From a virus (Duplodnaviria; Caudoviricetes): a DNA stretch of 64,000 nucleotides. Location: positions 19,460-83,459 of the IMG/VR virus record IMGVR_UViG_2811995091_000080; one strand, 5' to 3'. Below, in pieces: positions 1-9,460 of the stretch. How positions within the stretch are numbered: the stretch's first letter is position 1; each line of letters begins with the position of its first letter. Made by a program: the position numbers and the translations under genes. Below the pieces are notes generated by a model, which ran no database searches, was not told the DNA's origin, and was given only the letters and a program-made list of their open reading frames with translations.

Positions 1-328
1 CGTGGAAACCACGCACCTGAAGTCGGCAAACCGCCGCCGCGAATATACCACCGGCATGATCGACGGCGGCGAACTGGAGGTGACGCTGAACTTCCGTCCC
101 GGAACGGATACGGACCAGCTCATTGAGGGCGCGCTGACTGGCGGCGATCCTCGAGCGGCCCGCTTCAACATTCCCGAACTGGGCACACTGGCGTGGACCT
201 ACGACACCACCGTTCAGGTTATCGGCTACAATAAGGGCGAAGTGACCGCAGACGGCAAGATGGAAGCCACTGTCACGATGGCCGTTAGCGGCGCTGTGAC
301 TGGCGGCGCATACGTCGAGCCTGTTTAA
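1..328 (+). CDS. Tail tube (major tail) protein, copy A, 5'-truncated by window edge
   Basis: Directly upstream of chaperone and tape measure; 'THLKS..REY..G..DGGE..V.LNF.PG' resembles lambdoid tail tube proteins; distant similarity to 42016..42468. Confidence 0.8.
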   Translation, partial: VETTHLKSANRRREYTTGMIDGGELEVTLNFRPGTDTDQLIEGALTGGDPRAARFNIPELGTLAWTYDTTVQVIGYNKGEVTADGKMEATVTMAVSGAVTGGAYVEPV

Positions 329-714
329 TGGCTAACGCGATCAAAGGCGAAACCCCGCTCGTCCTTAGCGACGGGCGGGAGTTCACCCTCGTTCTCGACA
401 TGGAAGCCCTTGTCGAAGCGGAAACGATCTACGGAAAGCCGCTTTCCAAGTTGATGGAAGACGCCATGTCAGGCTTCATGGGGGCAGCTGCCGCCATGTT
501 GCAGGGGGCCGCTGCCCGCCATCACGGGTTGAAGCGCGGCGATGCGCTCGAAATCATTCGCACCGACATGGGCGAGGTGGTTGAGGCCCTCACACGCGCA
601 AGCGAAAGCGCCTTTCCTGATGAGGTGGAGGCGGGAAACGCGCCCGCGCCCAAGCCCAAGGCAAAAAAGCCTCGTGGGAAGACCTCTGGGCGCAATGGTG
701 CGAAGCAGGGCTAG
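328..714 (+). CDS. Tail assembly chaperone (gpG-like), copy A
   Basis: Between tail tube and TMP; in-frame slippery heptamer G-GGA-AAC at 633..639. Confidence 0.8.
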   Translation: MANAIKGETPLVLSDGREFTLVLDMEALVEAETIYGKPLSKLMEDAMSGFMGAAAAMLQGAAARHHGLKRGDALEIIRTDMGEVVEALTRASESAFPDEVEAGNAPAPKPKAKKPRGKTSGRNGAKQG

Positions 715-953
715 AGCCTGACGCATTCTGGCGGGCGACCCCCCGCACCTTTGCGCTGATCGTCAGCGCACGAATGAAGGCGACGGGCGACCTCGCCACG
801 ATGATCGGTTGGAGTTCCGAGCGGTTTGCGCGGCTCCAGAAGGTCAAGTCGCTGGATGAATACCTGAAACCGGCAAAGCCAACGTCAGCAGACGAAGGCG
901 CAAGGGCTGTGCAGCGCATGTTCGCGCGCATGGCAGCGAAGCAAGGGGAATAA
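633..953 (+). CDS. gpT-like extension produced by -1 frameshift (gpGT), copy A
   Basis: -1 frame is open from GGGAAAC (633) to TAA 951..953 and reads ...WEDLWAQWCEAGLEPDAFWRATPRTF..., a typical gpT motif; no own start with RBS; ends 1 nt before TMP start. Confidence 0.75.
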   Translation, partial: GKRARAQAQGKKASWEDLWAQWCEAGLEPDAFWRATPRTFALIVSARMKATGDLATMIGWSSERFARLQKVKSLDEYLKPAKPTSADEGARAVQRMFARMAAKQGE

Positions 954-954
954 C

Positions 955-2970
955 ATGGCGCTAGGTGACGTTATTGCCCGCTTGGCGGTGAACCTCTCGC
1001 TTGAGACAGCAGCCTTCGAGAAGGGCGCAACCAAGTCCGAAAAGCGCATGAACCAGATGCGCCGCAAGTTCTCGGACTTCAGCAAGTCGATTGCCATTGG
1101 CGCGGCGGGCATCGGGACGGCCATTGCGGGCATCAATAAGGTCTTTGGCGACCTCGCCCAGAAGTCGAAGGAGATGGGCAACGCGGCGCAGGTCGCGGGC
1201 GAAAGCTTCGAGGACTTCCAACGCCAAGCCTACGGCGCGCGGATGGTCGGCGTCGAGTTCGACAAGCTGGGCGATATTTTCAAGGACGTTCGGGATCGCA
1301 TCGGTGACTTCGCCCAGACGGGCGGTGGGCCGATGGCCGACTTCTTCGAGAACATCGCCCCCAAGGTTGGCGTAACGGCCAAGGCTTTCGAGGGCTTGGG
1401 CGGTAGGGACTCGCTTCAGCTTTACTACGATAGCTTGAAGAAGGCGAACGTCAGCCAAGAGGATATGGTCTTCTACCTGGAGGCTATGGCTTCGGACGCC
1501 ACCAACCTGATCCCGCTGCTTGAGAATGGCGGCGCGGCTTGGGAGCGTTACGGCGATAAGGCTGCGGTTATCACCGAGGACCAGCGCGCCCAGCTTCAGC
1601 GTTACGAAGAGTCGATGGCGAAGCTGGACAACTCGCTCCAGCAGCTTGCGCTAACGCTGGTCGATAGCGGTCTGATCGACAAGTTCGCCAACTTCGCGGA
1701 GCAGCTTGCGGCTGTCACCGAAGGCTTTAGCGGCGTCTCTGTTGCGGCTAATGCTGCCGATGAGGAAATGAAGAAAACGGAGGGTGCGCGCAAGTTCGGT
1801 AGCGACCTCCGCGCCCTTAGCGACAGCATCAACGAATGGTATCTGGCGACCGATAAGGCGTTTGCCGATGCTGGCGCGGGCATTCGTAACTTCTTCGTCA
1901 GCGTGTGGGATGGCTTCAACCGATGGTGGACCGACCTGAAGGCCACGGCTGCGCAACTGGCGCAGGTGGGCAAGGATATGGTCGCGGGTCTTGTCAGCGG
2001 CATCAAGTCTGCCCCCGGCGCGGTGGGTGACGCACTTGTCGGCATCGCCTCCAGCGGGCTTGCGAAGGTCAAGAACTTCCTTGGCATCAAGTCGCCTTCG
2101 CGCGTCTTTATGGAGATCGGCGGGTATATCTCCGAGGGTCTGGCCATCGGGATCGAGGGCGGCATCGGGCGCGTCAATGCTGCGGTCGGCAAGATGACGG
2201 AAGCGGCAAAGCAGGCGGCGCGTGAAACCCAGGCCTTGCTCGACCGCCTGTTTCCTGAAGTGCGCAAGATGCTCGACTATGAGCGCGAACTGCAACTGAT
2301 CGGCAAGGCTGACCTGTCCGACGATGCGAAGACCGAAGCGCGTCTGCGTCTGGGGCGGGAGCGCGATGGGCGTCCAGTCGAAGGCGGTGGCTTCACGGTA
2401 TCGGATAGCGTCTTGAACGCGCCCAGCCTGATTAAAGGCATGGAAGAAGTGGGCGATAGTCTGAAAGGGCTTGGCGACAAGGCTAAGGTTCAGACCGTCC
2501 GCATTGCCGAGACGTTCAAGGACATGGCCGAAAGCACGCTTGCTGCGGTTGACCGGATGGCGAACGCTATCAAGGGCGGCGGCTTCCTTGATATCCTTTC
2601 CGGCGTGGTGGGTCTGGGTATTCAGCTCGGCAGCATCGGCGCATTCGGCAAGAGCATTCAGGCGAACATCAACAAGGGCATTCCCGGCTATGCGACGGGC
2701 ACCCGCAACCATCCCGGCGGTCTGGCAATCGTCGGTGAGCGCGGGCCGGAGCTAGTGAGTATGCCGCGCGGATCGTCGGTGTTCACCAATAGCGAGAGCC
2801 GCGCGATGATGGGCGGTCGTGGCGGCAACACCTACAACTTCAGCGGCAACCTTCTGACGCCGGAGTTCTGGGACCGGATTAACGCTGGCGATATGGCTGC
2901 TGCGCAAGGCGGCGCGCAAGCTGCGGCCCAGAACTCTCGCTTTGCTGCTTCACGGAGTTTGCGCCGATGA
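955..2970 (+). CDS. Tape measure protein, copy A (671 aa)
   Basis: Long Ala/Gly-rich helical protein after chaperones; C-terminal GYATG..GERGPEL motif. Confidence 0.9.
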   Translation: MALGDVIARLAVNLSLETAAFEKGATKSEKRMNQMRRKFSDFSKSIAIGAAGIGTAIAGINKVFGDLAQKSKEMGNAAQVAGESFEDFQRQAYGARMVGVEFDKLGDIFKDVRDRIGDFAQTGGGPMADFFENIAPKVGVTAKAFEGLGGRDSLQLYYDSLKKANVSQEDMVFYLEAMASDATNLIPLLENGGAAWERYGDKAAVITEDQRAQLQRYEESMAKLDNSLQQLALTLVDSGLIDKFANFAEQLAAVTEGFSGVSVAANAADEEMKKTEGARKFGSDLRALSDSINEWYLATDKAFADAGAGIRNFFVSVWDGFNRWWTDLKATAAQLAQVGKDMVAGLVSGIKSAPGAVGDALVGIASSGLAKVKNFLGIKSPSRVFMEIGGYISEGLAIGIEGGIGRVNAAVGKMTEAAKQAARETQALLDRLFPEVRKMLDYERELQLIGKADLSDDAKTEARLRLGRERDGRPVEGGGFTVSDSVLNAPSLIKGMEEVGDSLKGLGDKAKVQTVRIAETFKDMAESTLAAVDRMANAIKGGGFLDILSGVVGLGIQLGSIGAFGKSIQANINKGIPGYATGTRNHPGGLAIVGERGPELVSMPRGSSVFTNSESRAMMGGRGGNTYNFSGNLLTPEFWDRINAGDMAAAQGGAQAAAQNSRFAASRSLRR

Positions 2971-3536
2971 TTGAGCTTCCTACCGGCGTAGTGCCGAGCG
3001 AAATGGAAGTGCTGGCGCTCGACCAAGGGAGCGTTGTGCGTGGGGCTTCCTCGCTTCGTATCGACCGCCCCGGCAACCGCTACGCAATCGGCTTCACGTT
3101 CCCGCCTAGCGCCAAGCCCAAGCTTGCAAGGATCGTTCGGGCAAAGCGGCAGGGCATCCGTGTTTATCTGCCGCTGAAAGTGCCGCAGGGGTCGCCGGGA
3201 ACGCCTGTGGTCGATGGCGCGGGCCAGTCGGGCACCTCGCTTGACGTTCGCGGCTTCACGCCGGGGTATTTCGCTAAGGAAGACTACTGGCTGACGATCA
3301 TAGACGCCAGCGGCAACGGCTATCTGCATCAAGTTGTCGAGACGGTGGGCGCGGACGGGACCGGAGCGGCAACCCTTAGCATCGAGCCGCCTCTGCGTGC
3401 CCCGTTCGCTGATGGTGCGACTATCGAGTTCGCCAAGCCCTACATCGAGGGTTTCATCGACGGTGAGAACTGGGGCTGGAACACGCCGACTAACTGGCTG
3501 GTGTCGATTGGCTTGGTGGTGGAGGAATACGAGTGA
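2967..3536 (+). CDS. Distal tail (Dit-like) protein, copy A
   Basis: First gene after TMP; near-identical to 46536..47105. Confidence 0.7.
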   Translation: MIELPTGVVPSEMEVLALDQGSVVRGASSLRIDRPGNRYAIGFTFPPSAKPKLARIVRAKRQGIRVYLPLKVPQGSPGTPVVDGAGQSGTSLDVRGFTPGYFAKEDYWLTIIDASGNGYLHQVVETVGADGTGAATLSIEPPLRAPFADGATIEFAKPYIEGFIDGENWGWNTPTNWLVSIGLVVEEYE

Positions 3537-4147
3537 GCCGCGTTGCCCTAACCGGCCTCCTGACAATCGAGCTGCCCGAAGCAACCCTGCGCTTCACCGA
3601 TGGCGGCTTCATCGAATACAACGGCGAAACCTACCGCGCCAAGGATGACACCTTCGGCACGATCCAGTCGGTGCAGCCGCTATCCGAAGGCGTGGGCGAT
3701 AGCGTCCCTGCCCTGTCGATCACGATGCTACCGCCCGATACAAGCGCAGTCGCAGACCTGACCAAGCCGGGACACCAAACCTCGCAAGTGCAATTTGTGC
3801 TGGCGGAATACGATGTTGACGCGGGCACGATCAATTCGGCGGATGTATTGTTTACCGGACAGATCGACCAAAGCGTTCTGACGGTCGGCAAGGGCAAGCG
3901 CGAACTGGCGATGTCGGTTGTGAGCCTCGCTGAGCGGCTTTTCGAGGGCAACACCGGCAACTCGCTCAATCCTACGTTCCACAAGTCGGTGTGGCCTGGA
4001 GAAACGGGCCACGACAACGCAACGGGCCTTGCTGTTCCGGTTGCATGGGGCGTCGAGCGTCCCGGCGCGGGCACTCGCACATCGGGAAGCGGAAGCGGAC
4101 CTGCGGGGCGCGAAGGCTTCGGCACCTACAGATACGATTACCGCTGA
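3533..4147 (+). CDS. Tail tip / minor tail protein, copy A
   Basis: Synteny; near-identical to 47771..48388. Confidence 0.65.
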   Translation: MSRVALTGLLTIELPEATLRFTDGGFIEYNGETYRAKDDTFGTIQSVQPLSEGVGDSVPALSITMLPPDTSAVADLTKPGHQTSQVQFVLAEYDVDAGTINSADVLFTGQIDQSVLTVGKGKRELAMSVVSLAERLFEGNTGNSLNPTFHKSVWPGETGHDNATGLAVPVAWGVERPGAGTRTSGSGSGPAGREGFGTYRYDYR

Positions 4148-4148
4148 T

Positions 4149-4574
4149 ATGAAAAAGCTACCGGAACTTGAGCGCCGCAGGATTGCAACGGAAAAGACCC
4201 TTGCCCGCTATCGGCACAAGGAGTTCGATTGGTCGAAGGGTATCACCTGCGTTCACCTCGCGCGTTTTCACCTGCGCAACATGGGGCACAAGGTCGAGAC
4301 GTTGCCGCGCTTCCGTAGCGCACTGGGGGCCAAGCGGGCGCTTAGTGGGAAAGGCTATGGCAGTCTCGGGCGGCTGATGGACCGGATGCTCCCGCCGATT
4401 GCGCCTGCGCAGATGATGCTTGGGGATCTCGCGATGGTCCCCGGCGAGCAAGGGCTGGATGCACTGTTCGTCTGCGCTGGCCCGCTGAAGCTGTTTGGCT
4501 GGCGGGAGGACGAACCGAAGCTGGTCATCCTCGACGTGTCTTTGGACGAACTCACCGCGAGCTGGAGGGTGTAA
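4149..4574 (+). CDS. NlpC/P60-like (gpK-position) tail assembly protein, copy A
   Basis: ATG 4149; 'FDW....TC.H.A...L..MG' Cys motif; paralogue 48390..48815. Confidence 0.6.
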   Translation: MKKLPELERRRIATEKTLARYRHKEFDWSKGITCVHLARFHLRNMGHKVETLPRFRSALGAKRALSGKGYGSLGRLMDRMLPPIAPAQMMLGDLAMVPGEQGLDALFVCAGPLKLFGWREDEPKLVILDVSLDELTASWRV

Positions 4575-4575
4575 T

Positions 4576-6531
4576 TTGGCCAAAGCAGTCAAGACCATAG
4601 GGACGGTGGTCGGAACGATCGCGACCATCGCGTCATTCATTCCCGGTCCGCACCAGCCTTTCGCGATTGCAGCGTCTCGCATCGCTGCTGTTGCGGTCAC
4701 GGCGGCAACGGTTGCGGAGGGCCTTACGGCCAAGCCGCCTCCCGCGCGGGGAAGTGTAACCCAAGTCCTGATCGCGCCGGATGCGCCGCAACCTTACGTC
4801 ATGGGTGAGGGTTATTTTGCGGGCGTTCTGCGCCATGATGTCGGGTATGGCGCGACGCTCAAAAAAGTGCCCAATCCCTATCGGTTCATGCCGGTGGTGT
4901 ATTCGGGCGGCGGGCCGGTTCAAAGCATCTCGCCCCGGTTCGATTTCGAGACAATTCCAAGCTGGTATAACGGCTTCCTCTACACCGACACCCAGTTAGG
5001 CGCTTGCCCCGAAGCTGATGCGCTGTCGCCTCAATGGGCGGGGGCTACGGGGTGGAGTTCGTCCTCCAAGCTATCCGGCCAAGCCGCGATTGGATGGAGC
5101 GCGCTTTTCGATAAGGACGGCAAGCGTTTCGCGGGCGTCGATCTACGCAGCTCTATCGGTGCGTATGGCCAGTGGGTGAAGGTCTATGACCCGCGCAAGG
5201 ACAGCACGTTCCCCGGCGGTTCTGGCTCGCACCGACTGGGTGACGAAACCACCTACGAATACAGCGCCAACCCTGCCCTGCACGCGGGCACGTATGCTTA
5301 TGGCCGCTATCAAAACGGCAAGCGCACGATGGGCATGGGGCTGGCGGCGGATGCTGTCGATTGGGCCGTTATCGCCGCTTGGGCGAATGTCTGCGAAGCG
5401 AACGGTTGGGAAAACTTCTTCGGCGTAGTTTACGAGCCGGGCGACCGCTGGGCGAACCTGAAGGATATTTGCTTCGCTGGCGGGGCTGAGCCGGTTGCAT
5501 TGGGGCAGCTAACCTTCCGCTATCGCGCGCCCACTGTCGCGCTCGATACGATCACCGAAGCGGACCTTACGGATGACGATCAAAGCGTGATGGCGATGCA
5601 GTCCTTCCGCGACCGCATCAACACCGGCATTCCGAAGTATCGCAGCCCTGCCCACAATTGGGAAATGGTCGATGCGGAGCCGGTGGTCAACTCCACCTTC
5701 CTGACCGAAGACGGCGAGGAAAAGCGCGAAACGTGGCCCTGCAACTTCGTCACCGACGAGGACCAGGCATCGCAGCTTGTGGCCTACCATATCTGGGACA
5801 GCCGCGAACTGGCCCCCATCTCGCTGGTCTGTATGCCGCGACTGCGCGCCTACCGCCCCGGCGAATGTCTGCACCTCGACCTGCCGGAACTGGGGCTGGA
5901 CACGACAGCAATCATCTTGCGGCGCGAACTCGATCCGGCGACCATGAAGGTGAAGCTGGAACTGATGGGGGAAACGAGCGCAAAGCACGCTTACTGCTTG
6001 GGCCTTACCGGCACGGCACCGCCTACGCCTGCAATCGGGCAGACAGCGCAAGAGCGGGACGAACTCGCTTCCGCTGCCGCCGATCCGGCAGGTCTTGGGA
6101 CGCTTAAGCTATCGAGCAGCTACACGCGCGGCCTCGCTGGTAACATCACGCAGATCCACGATGGCACCGGGACGGGCACGGTAACGGTCACGATACCCGA
6201 CCACACCCGCGTATATGCGGACGGCACCGAGGCGTCCGTGACTGGCGGCGACTTCACGCTGAACGAAACAACCAGCTATCTCCTGTCCTATGATGACCCC
6301 GACTTCGCAGGTGGCGAGTTGGGTGTGGACTTTTCGCTGGTTGAGATCACTCCCGGCACGGGCGGGCAGACTGGCGGCGATGCGGATTTCAGCGCAGCCA
6401 ATCCGAACCGCCATTACCTCGCTAGCATCAGTACGGTGAACGAGGCTGGCGAAGGCGGCGGCGCAGGCGGCTCGTCGCCTCCCGGCGGCGGGGGCTGGGA
6501 CAATGACGATCCCGGCGGCGACATACCCTAA
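4576..6531 (+). CDS. Tail tip / baseplate hub (gpJ/Tal-like), copy A
   Basis: TTG start after AGGGTG; ~650 aa; 'VKVYDPRKDST' motif common in tail tip proteins; paralogue 48817..50766. Confidence 0.75.
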   Translation: MAKAVKTIGTVVGTIATIASFIPGPHQPFAIAASRIAAVAVTAATVAEGLTAKPPPARGSVTQVLIAPDAPQPYVMGEGYFAGVLRHDVGYGATLKKVPNPYRFMPVVYSGGGPVQSISPRFDFETIPSWYNGFLYTDTQLGACPEADALSPQWAGATGWSSSSKLSGQAAIGWSALFDKDGKRFAGVDLRSSIGAYGQWVKVYDPRKDSTFPGGSGSHRLGDETTYEYSANPALHAGTYAYGRYQNGKRTMGMGLAADAVDWAVIAAWANVCEANGWENFFGVVYEPGDRWANLKDICFAGGAEPVALGQLTFRYRAPTVALDTITEADLTDDDQSVMAMQSFRDRINTGIPKYRSPAHNWEMVDAEPVVNSTFLTEDGEEKRETWPCNFVTDEDQASQLVAYHIWDSRELAPISLVCMPRLRAYRPGECLHLDLPELGLDTTAIILRRELDPATMKVKLELMGETSAKHAYCLGLTGTAPPTPAIGQTAQERDELASAAADPAGLGTLKLSSSYTRGLAGNITQIHDGTGTGTVTVTIPDHTRVYADGTEASVTGGDFTLNETTSYLLSYDDPDFAGGELGVDFSLVEITPGTGGQTGGDADFSAANPNRHYLASISTVNEAGEGGGAGGSSPPGGGGWDNDDPGGDIP

Positions 6532-6545
6532 GAAGGAAAACACAA

Positions 6546-6944
6546 ATGACCCAGCATGGTGACTGGCTGCGCTCGCTTGCGTCAGCCGGAAAGGGCGGCG
6601 TTGAACTTCCGCCGATTGACCGGGGCTTGCCCTACGAGCTTGTCCTGAACGTCCCGATTGATGTCAGTTCGGACGCATTCAGCGCATCGCTGCGCGTTTC
6701 GCCTGACGCTTCCGGCAGTACCCTTGCAGACTTCTCGGTTTCGGTTGGTTCGTGGGACGGGACTTACACGCCAGTCACGCTCAGCCTCACCGACACGCAG
6801 GTCAATGCGCTCCCTTCGGATGGCGACGCAGACGGGCAGGTCGAGCTTGTGATGGACGTTCTGCGCGATCCCAGCGGCAGCGCCATCGAATACCGCTTTC
6901 TGGGCGGAAATATCTACGTGAACGGGAAGGTGACCAATGCCTAG
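6546..6944 (+). CDS. Conserved virion protein (fibre adaptor candidate), copy A
   Basis: Strong RBS AAGGAA; near-identical to 50781..51179. Confidence 0.6.
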   Translation: MTQHGDWLRSLASAGKGGVELPPIDRGLPYELVLNVPIDVSSDAFSASLRVSPDASGSTLADFSVSVGSWDGTYTPVTLSLTDTQVNALPSDGDADGQVELVMDVLRDPSGSAIEYRFLGGNIYVNGKVTNA

Positions 6945-9066
6945 CATTCAACTGGTTATGGACGCCAACGAGCGAGTCATCGGGCTTGGCGACGATACGG
7001 CTGAGGCTGCCCGCCAAGCAGTGAGGGCAGAAGCGGAAGCCGACCGCGCAGAAGCGCAGGCAGACCTTGCTGCAACGCACGCGAACACGGCGGGGAATTA
7101 TGCCGAGACGGCACGCTCCCTTGTCGGTGGTGCTGTTTATGAGGACACGACTGCGGGCCTCGCCGCCACTGTAGACGGCGAGTTTTTCGTAGTCGCGAAC
7201 GACACCGAACACGCCCTGTATCGCAACGATAGCAGCTCGGCGGTTTTCGTGCGCGACCTCGCACCCGACAATTACGTCACGCCGGAAATGTTTGGCGAGG
7301 TCGGCGCGGGCGCAGACGACAACGCGCTTTTCACCGCAGCGGTTGCAAGCGGGAAGCCCGTACGCGCGATGGGTAGCACCTACCAGCTAAACCCGATGGA
7401 GTTCACCAGCGCGGTGGACATTGAGTTTGGTTCGCAGACCGAAATCCAGAACCTACAGGCTTCCGGTCCGAAGAAAGCGACGATTACCGTCAAGGGCGGG
7501 GTCACAGGGCCGCTGGTCACGGTTTCGTCCTTCGATCTCATCAATGCGGGCGGCACCGTAACCGCACTAACCATTGGCCAGCTTTCGCGCATCATCAATG
7601 TTGCCGATGCAAGCAGCTTTGCGGCGGGCGATGTTGTGCGTATTTCGGAGAACGACCCGGCCACCACTTCGACCAGGAAGGGGACTGCTGGCGCGGAAAC
7701 GCAGGACCGCAACTATCGCGAGTTCGCAACGATTGACTCCATCGCCGGTAACAAGATCACGCTGCGCGAGTTTGTCCGGTGGCCCTACACTGCGGCAAAG
7801 TCGCTCAAGGTGCAGAAGGTCAACTTTGTCGAGAACCCGCGCATTGTCGGCGGCAAGTGGACCGGTGGCATTGGGGGCGGCGGCGCGCTGGCTTTCGAGT
7901 TCTGCCGCCACGGCAAGCTGTGTGATGACATTCACGTCGAAGGCAATTCCGAGGCTGACCGCTTCGGCGGCGCATCCGTCACTGTCCGCGACTGCTGGGA
8001 AGTCGAGCGCGGTTCGATCTACGCCAAGTGGTGCCTTTTCACCGCCCTGACCGAGCGCAATCAGGCGAGCATATTTGGTCGCATTCGCGGCAAGCGGACG
8101 CAGAACGGCGGCTCGATCCAGAGTGGTGATATTCTCTCCAATTTCGCAGAGATCGTGCAGGACGCCCCCGGCGACGACAATGGCGACGGTATCGGCGTTT
8201 CCAACGGGTTCCGGGGGAACACGGTCGGCTCGTTCATTATGTCGGGTGCGAATTGCTACGGAATGTGGCTGCGCCAAGGCTGCGACGACAACACTTTCGT
8301 TTCGTTCACCAGCATCAACGGCATCACGCTCGGCATTCAGGTCTACGGCAACCGTAACACCTTCAGCAACGTCCACATTCGCGGCCATGCTTCGGGCGGC
8401 CTTCTGCTCGCTGGCGACGACAACCAAGCGCACGTTGACATCGAGGTGCAGGGACAGGCGGTCGGGCTTGGGCCGAGCAGCAGAGGCAATCGCGTCACAG
8501 GGCGCGCGATTTCTACCGGTGTGGGGGTAACGTCTTTCGACCTCACAGTCTCGACTGGCGTTACCGACAGCTACGTGGACATCCAATCCGGGCCGCGCGG
8601 CATCAGTTATGCGGCGGGAGTGCTTCCGCACGCCAGCAACACCTTCTTCCTTCGCGGCCCGAATCCGCATGTCGTCAACACGCTCCGAACCGACCGAGGG
8701 TATCAATGGTCTGGATATGTGACTGTTACCGGCGGGGCCAAGATACTTGAGGTGCCCGAGCGCAAACCGGATGGCACATGGGGCACCAACGGGCTTTACG
8801 AAATCCAGCCTACGGCGGGCGATGCCGCCAATGTTTATCGCATCCGCCTGCAATTGTCGTCCACGCTGGCCGATGTGCGAAGCGAGTACGAGGTTATCTC
8901 TCGGCAGGGTGCGTTCACCATCCGCACAATCCATGAAGGTGCCGGGACTTACGCGGCCTTCGCGCCGAAACTGCGGGCAGCGACCGGCACCAGCGGGCCG
9001 ACGCTTGAGATTTACCGAACCGAGACGGGGGCTGCTCCCACCATCGTTTACGTCGAGAAGTATTAA
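6937..9066 (+). CDS. Tail spike / receptor-binding protein with predicted right-handed beta-helix (depolymerase-like), copy A
   Basis: 'YVTPEMFG..GA..DD..A...A' pectate-lyase-3-like entry motif, then G/N/I-rich beta-helix-like repeats; first ~27 aa shared with 51172..52878. Confidence 0.75.
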   Translation: MPSIQLVMDANERVIGLGDDTAEAARQAVRAEAEADRAEAQADLAATHANTAGNYAETARSLVGGAVYEDTTAGLAATVDGEFFVVANDTEHALYRNDSSSAVFVRDLAPDNYVTPEMFGEVGAGADDNALFTAAVASGKPVRAMGSTYQLNPMEFTSAVDIEFGSQTEIQNLQASGPKKATITVKGGVTGPLVTVSSFDLINAGGTVTALTIGQLSRIINVADASSFAAGDVVRISENDPATTSTRKGTAGAETQDRNYREFATIDSIAGNKITLREFVRWPYTAAKSLKVQKVNFVENPRIVGGKWTGGIGGGGALAFEFCRHGKLCDDIHVEGNSEADRFGGASVTVRDCWEVERGSIYAKWCLFTALTERNQASIFGRIRGKRTQNGGSIQSGDILSNFAEIVQDAPGDDNGDGIGVSNGFRGNTVGSFIMSGANCYGMWLRQGCDDNTFVSFTSINGITLGIQVYGNRNTFSNVHIRGHASGGLLLAGDDNQAHVDIEVQGQAVGLGPSSRGNRVTGRAISTGVGVTSFDLTVSTGVTDSYVDIQSGPRGISYAAGVLPHASNTFFLRGPNPHVVNTLRTDRGYQWSGYVTVTGGAKILEVPERKPDGTWGTNGLYEIQPTAGDAANVYRIRLQLSSTLADVRSEYEVISRQGAFTIRTIHEGAGTYAAFAPKLRAATGTSGPTLEIYRTETGAAPTIVYVEKY

Positions 9067-9068
9067 GC

Positions 9069-9164
9069 GTGTCCTCTTCGCTCAAAGCCATACTGGTGAT
9101 GCTTCTGGCATGGCCGTTAAGCGAGTGCGCGTTTGACCTTGTGCAAAGCAGGAGGCGGCGGTGA
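9069..9164 (+). CDS. 31-aa hydrophobic micro-protein (MSSSLKAILVMLLAWPLSECAFDLVQSRRRR)
   Basis: Translated by hand; same length, synonymous and conservative changes versus 52878..52973; stop overlaps next GTG. Confidence 0.6.
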   Translation: MSSSLKAILVMLLAWPLSECAFDLVQSRRRR

Positions 9165-9460
9165 CACTCCTGACGATACTGCACGGATGGGCGGCGGTGT
9201 GTGCTTTTGGCATCGCCGCTGTTCTTCAAGGTGCAGCCGCTTCCCCTGACTTCCGCATACGGATCGGTGCAAGCGAGCGCGAGCGTAGCTATAACTTCCA
9301 ACTGGTCGCGGTGTTCCTACTGGCGCTTGGCTTAGACCTCGCCAGCATTGGCATTGGGGTGGACGACCTCGCCCACCATGCAGCCATTCTTCTCGCGTGC
9401 CTCACTGGCACAATTGCCATGCTGATGTTCGCCTGGAGGCTTTTCAAATGGAGGCGATAG
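9161..9460 (+). CDS. Membrane protein (about 3 TM), holin/antiholin candidate
   Basis: Hydrophobic segments, RBS AGGAGG, position after fibre. Confidence 0.55.
   Translation: MTLLTILHGWAAVCAFGIAAVLQGAAASPDFRIRIGASERERSYNFQLVAVFLLALGLDLASIGIGVDDLAHHAAILLACLTGTIAMLMFAWRLFKWRR

Larger units (their letters stand above)
2821..7020 (+). repeat. Homology block: tail-tip module, closely related to ~46390..51250 (B has an extra insert at 47102..47770)
   Basis: Proteins near-identical by eye, with many synonymous nucleotide differences; identity begins abruptly 150 nt before the TMP stop. Confidence 0.9.

Noticed and set aside
617-640. CTGATGAG...GAAAC resembling a hammerhead ribozyme core
   Set aside because: No stem II pairing between the core segments; lies in coding sequence and GGGAAAC is explained as the frameshift site.
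2821-7020. A/B repeat as a simple assembly duplication of one genome
   Set aside because: Abundant synonymous differences and complete gene replacements show two distinct genomes; chimeric joining of two genomes remains possible.
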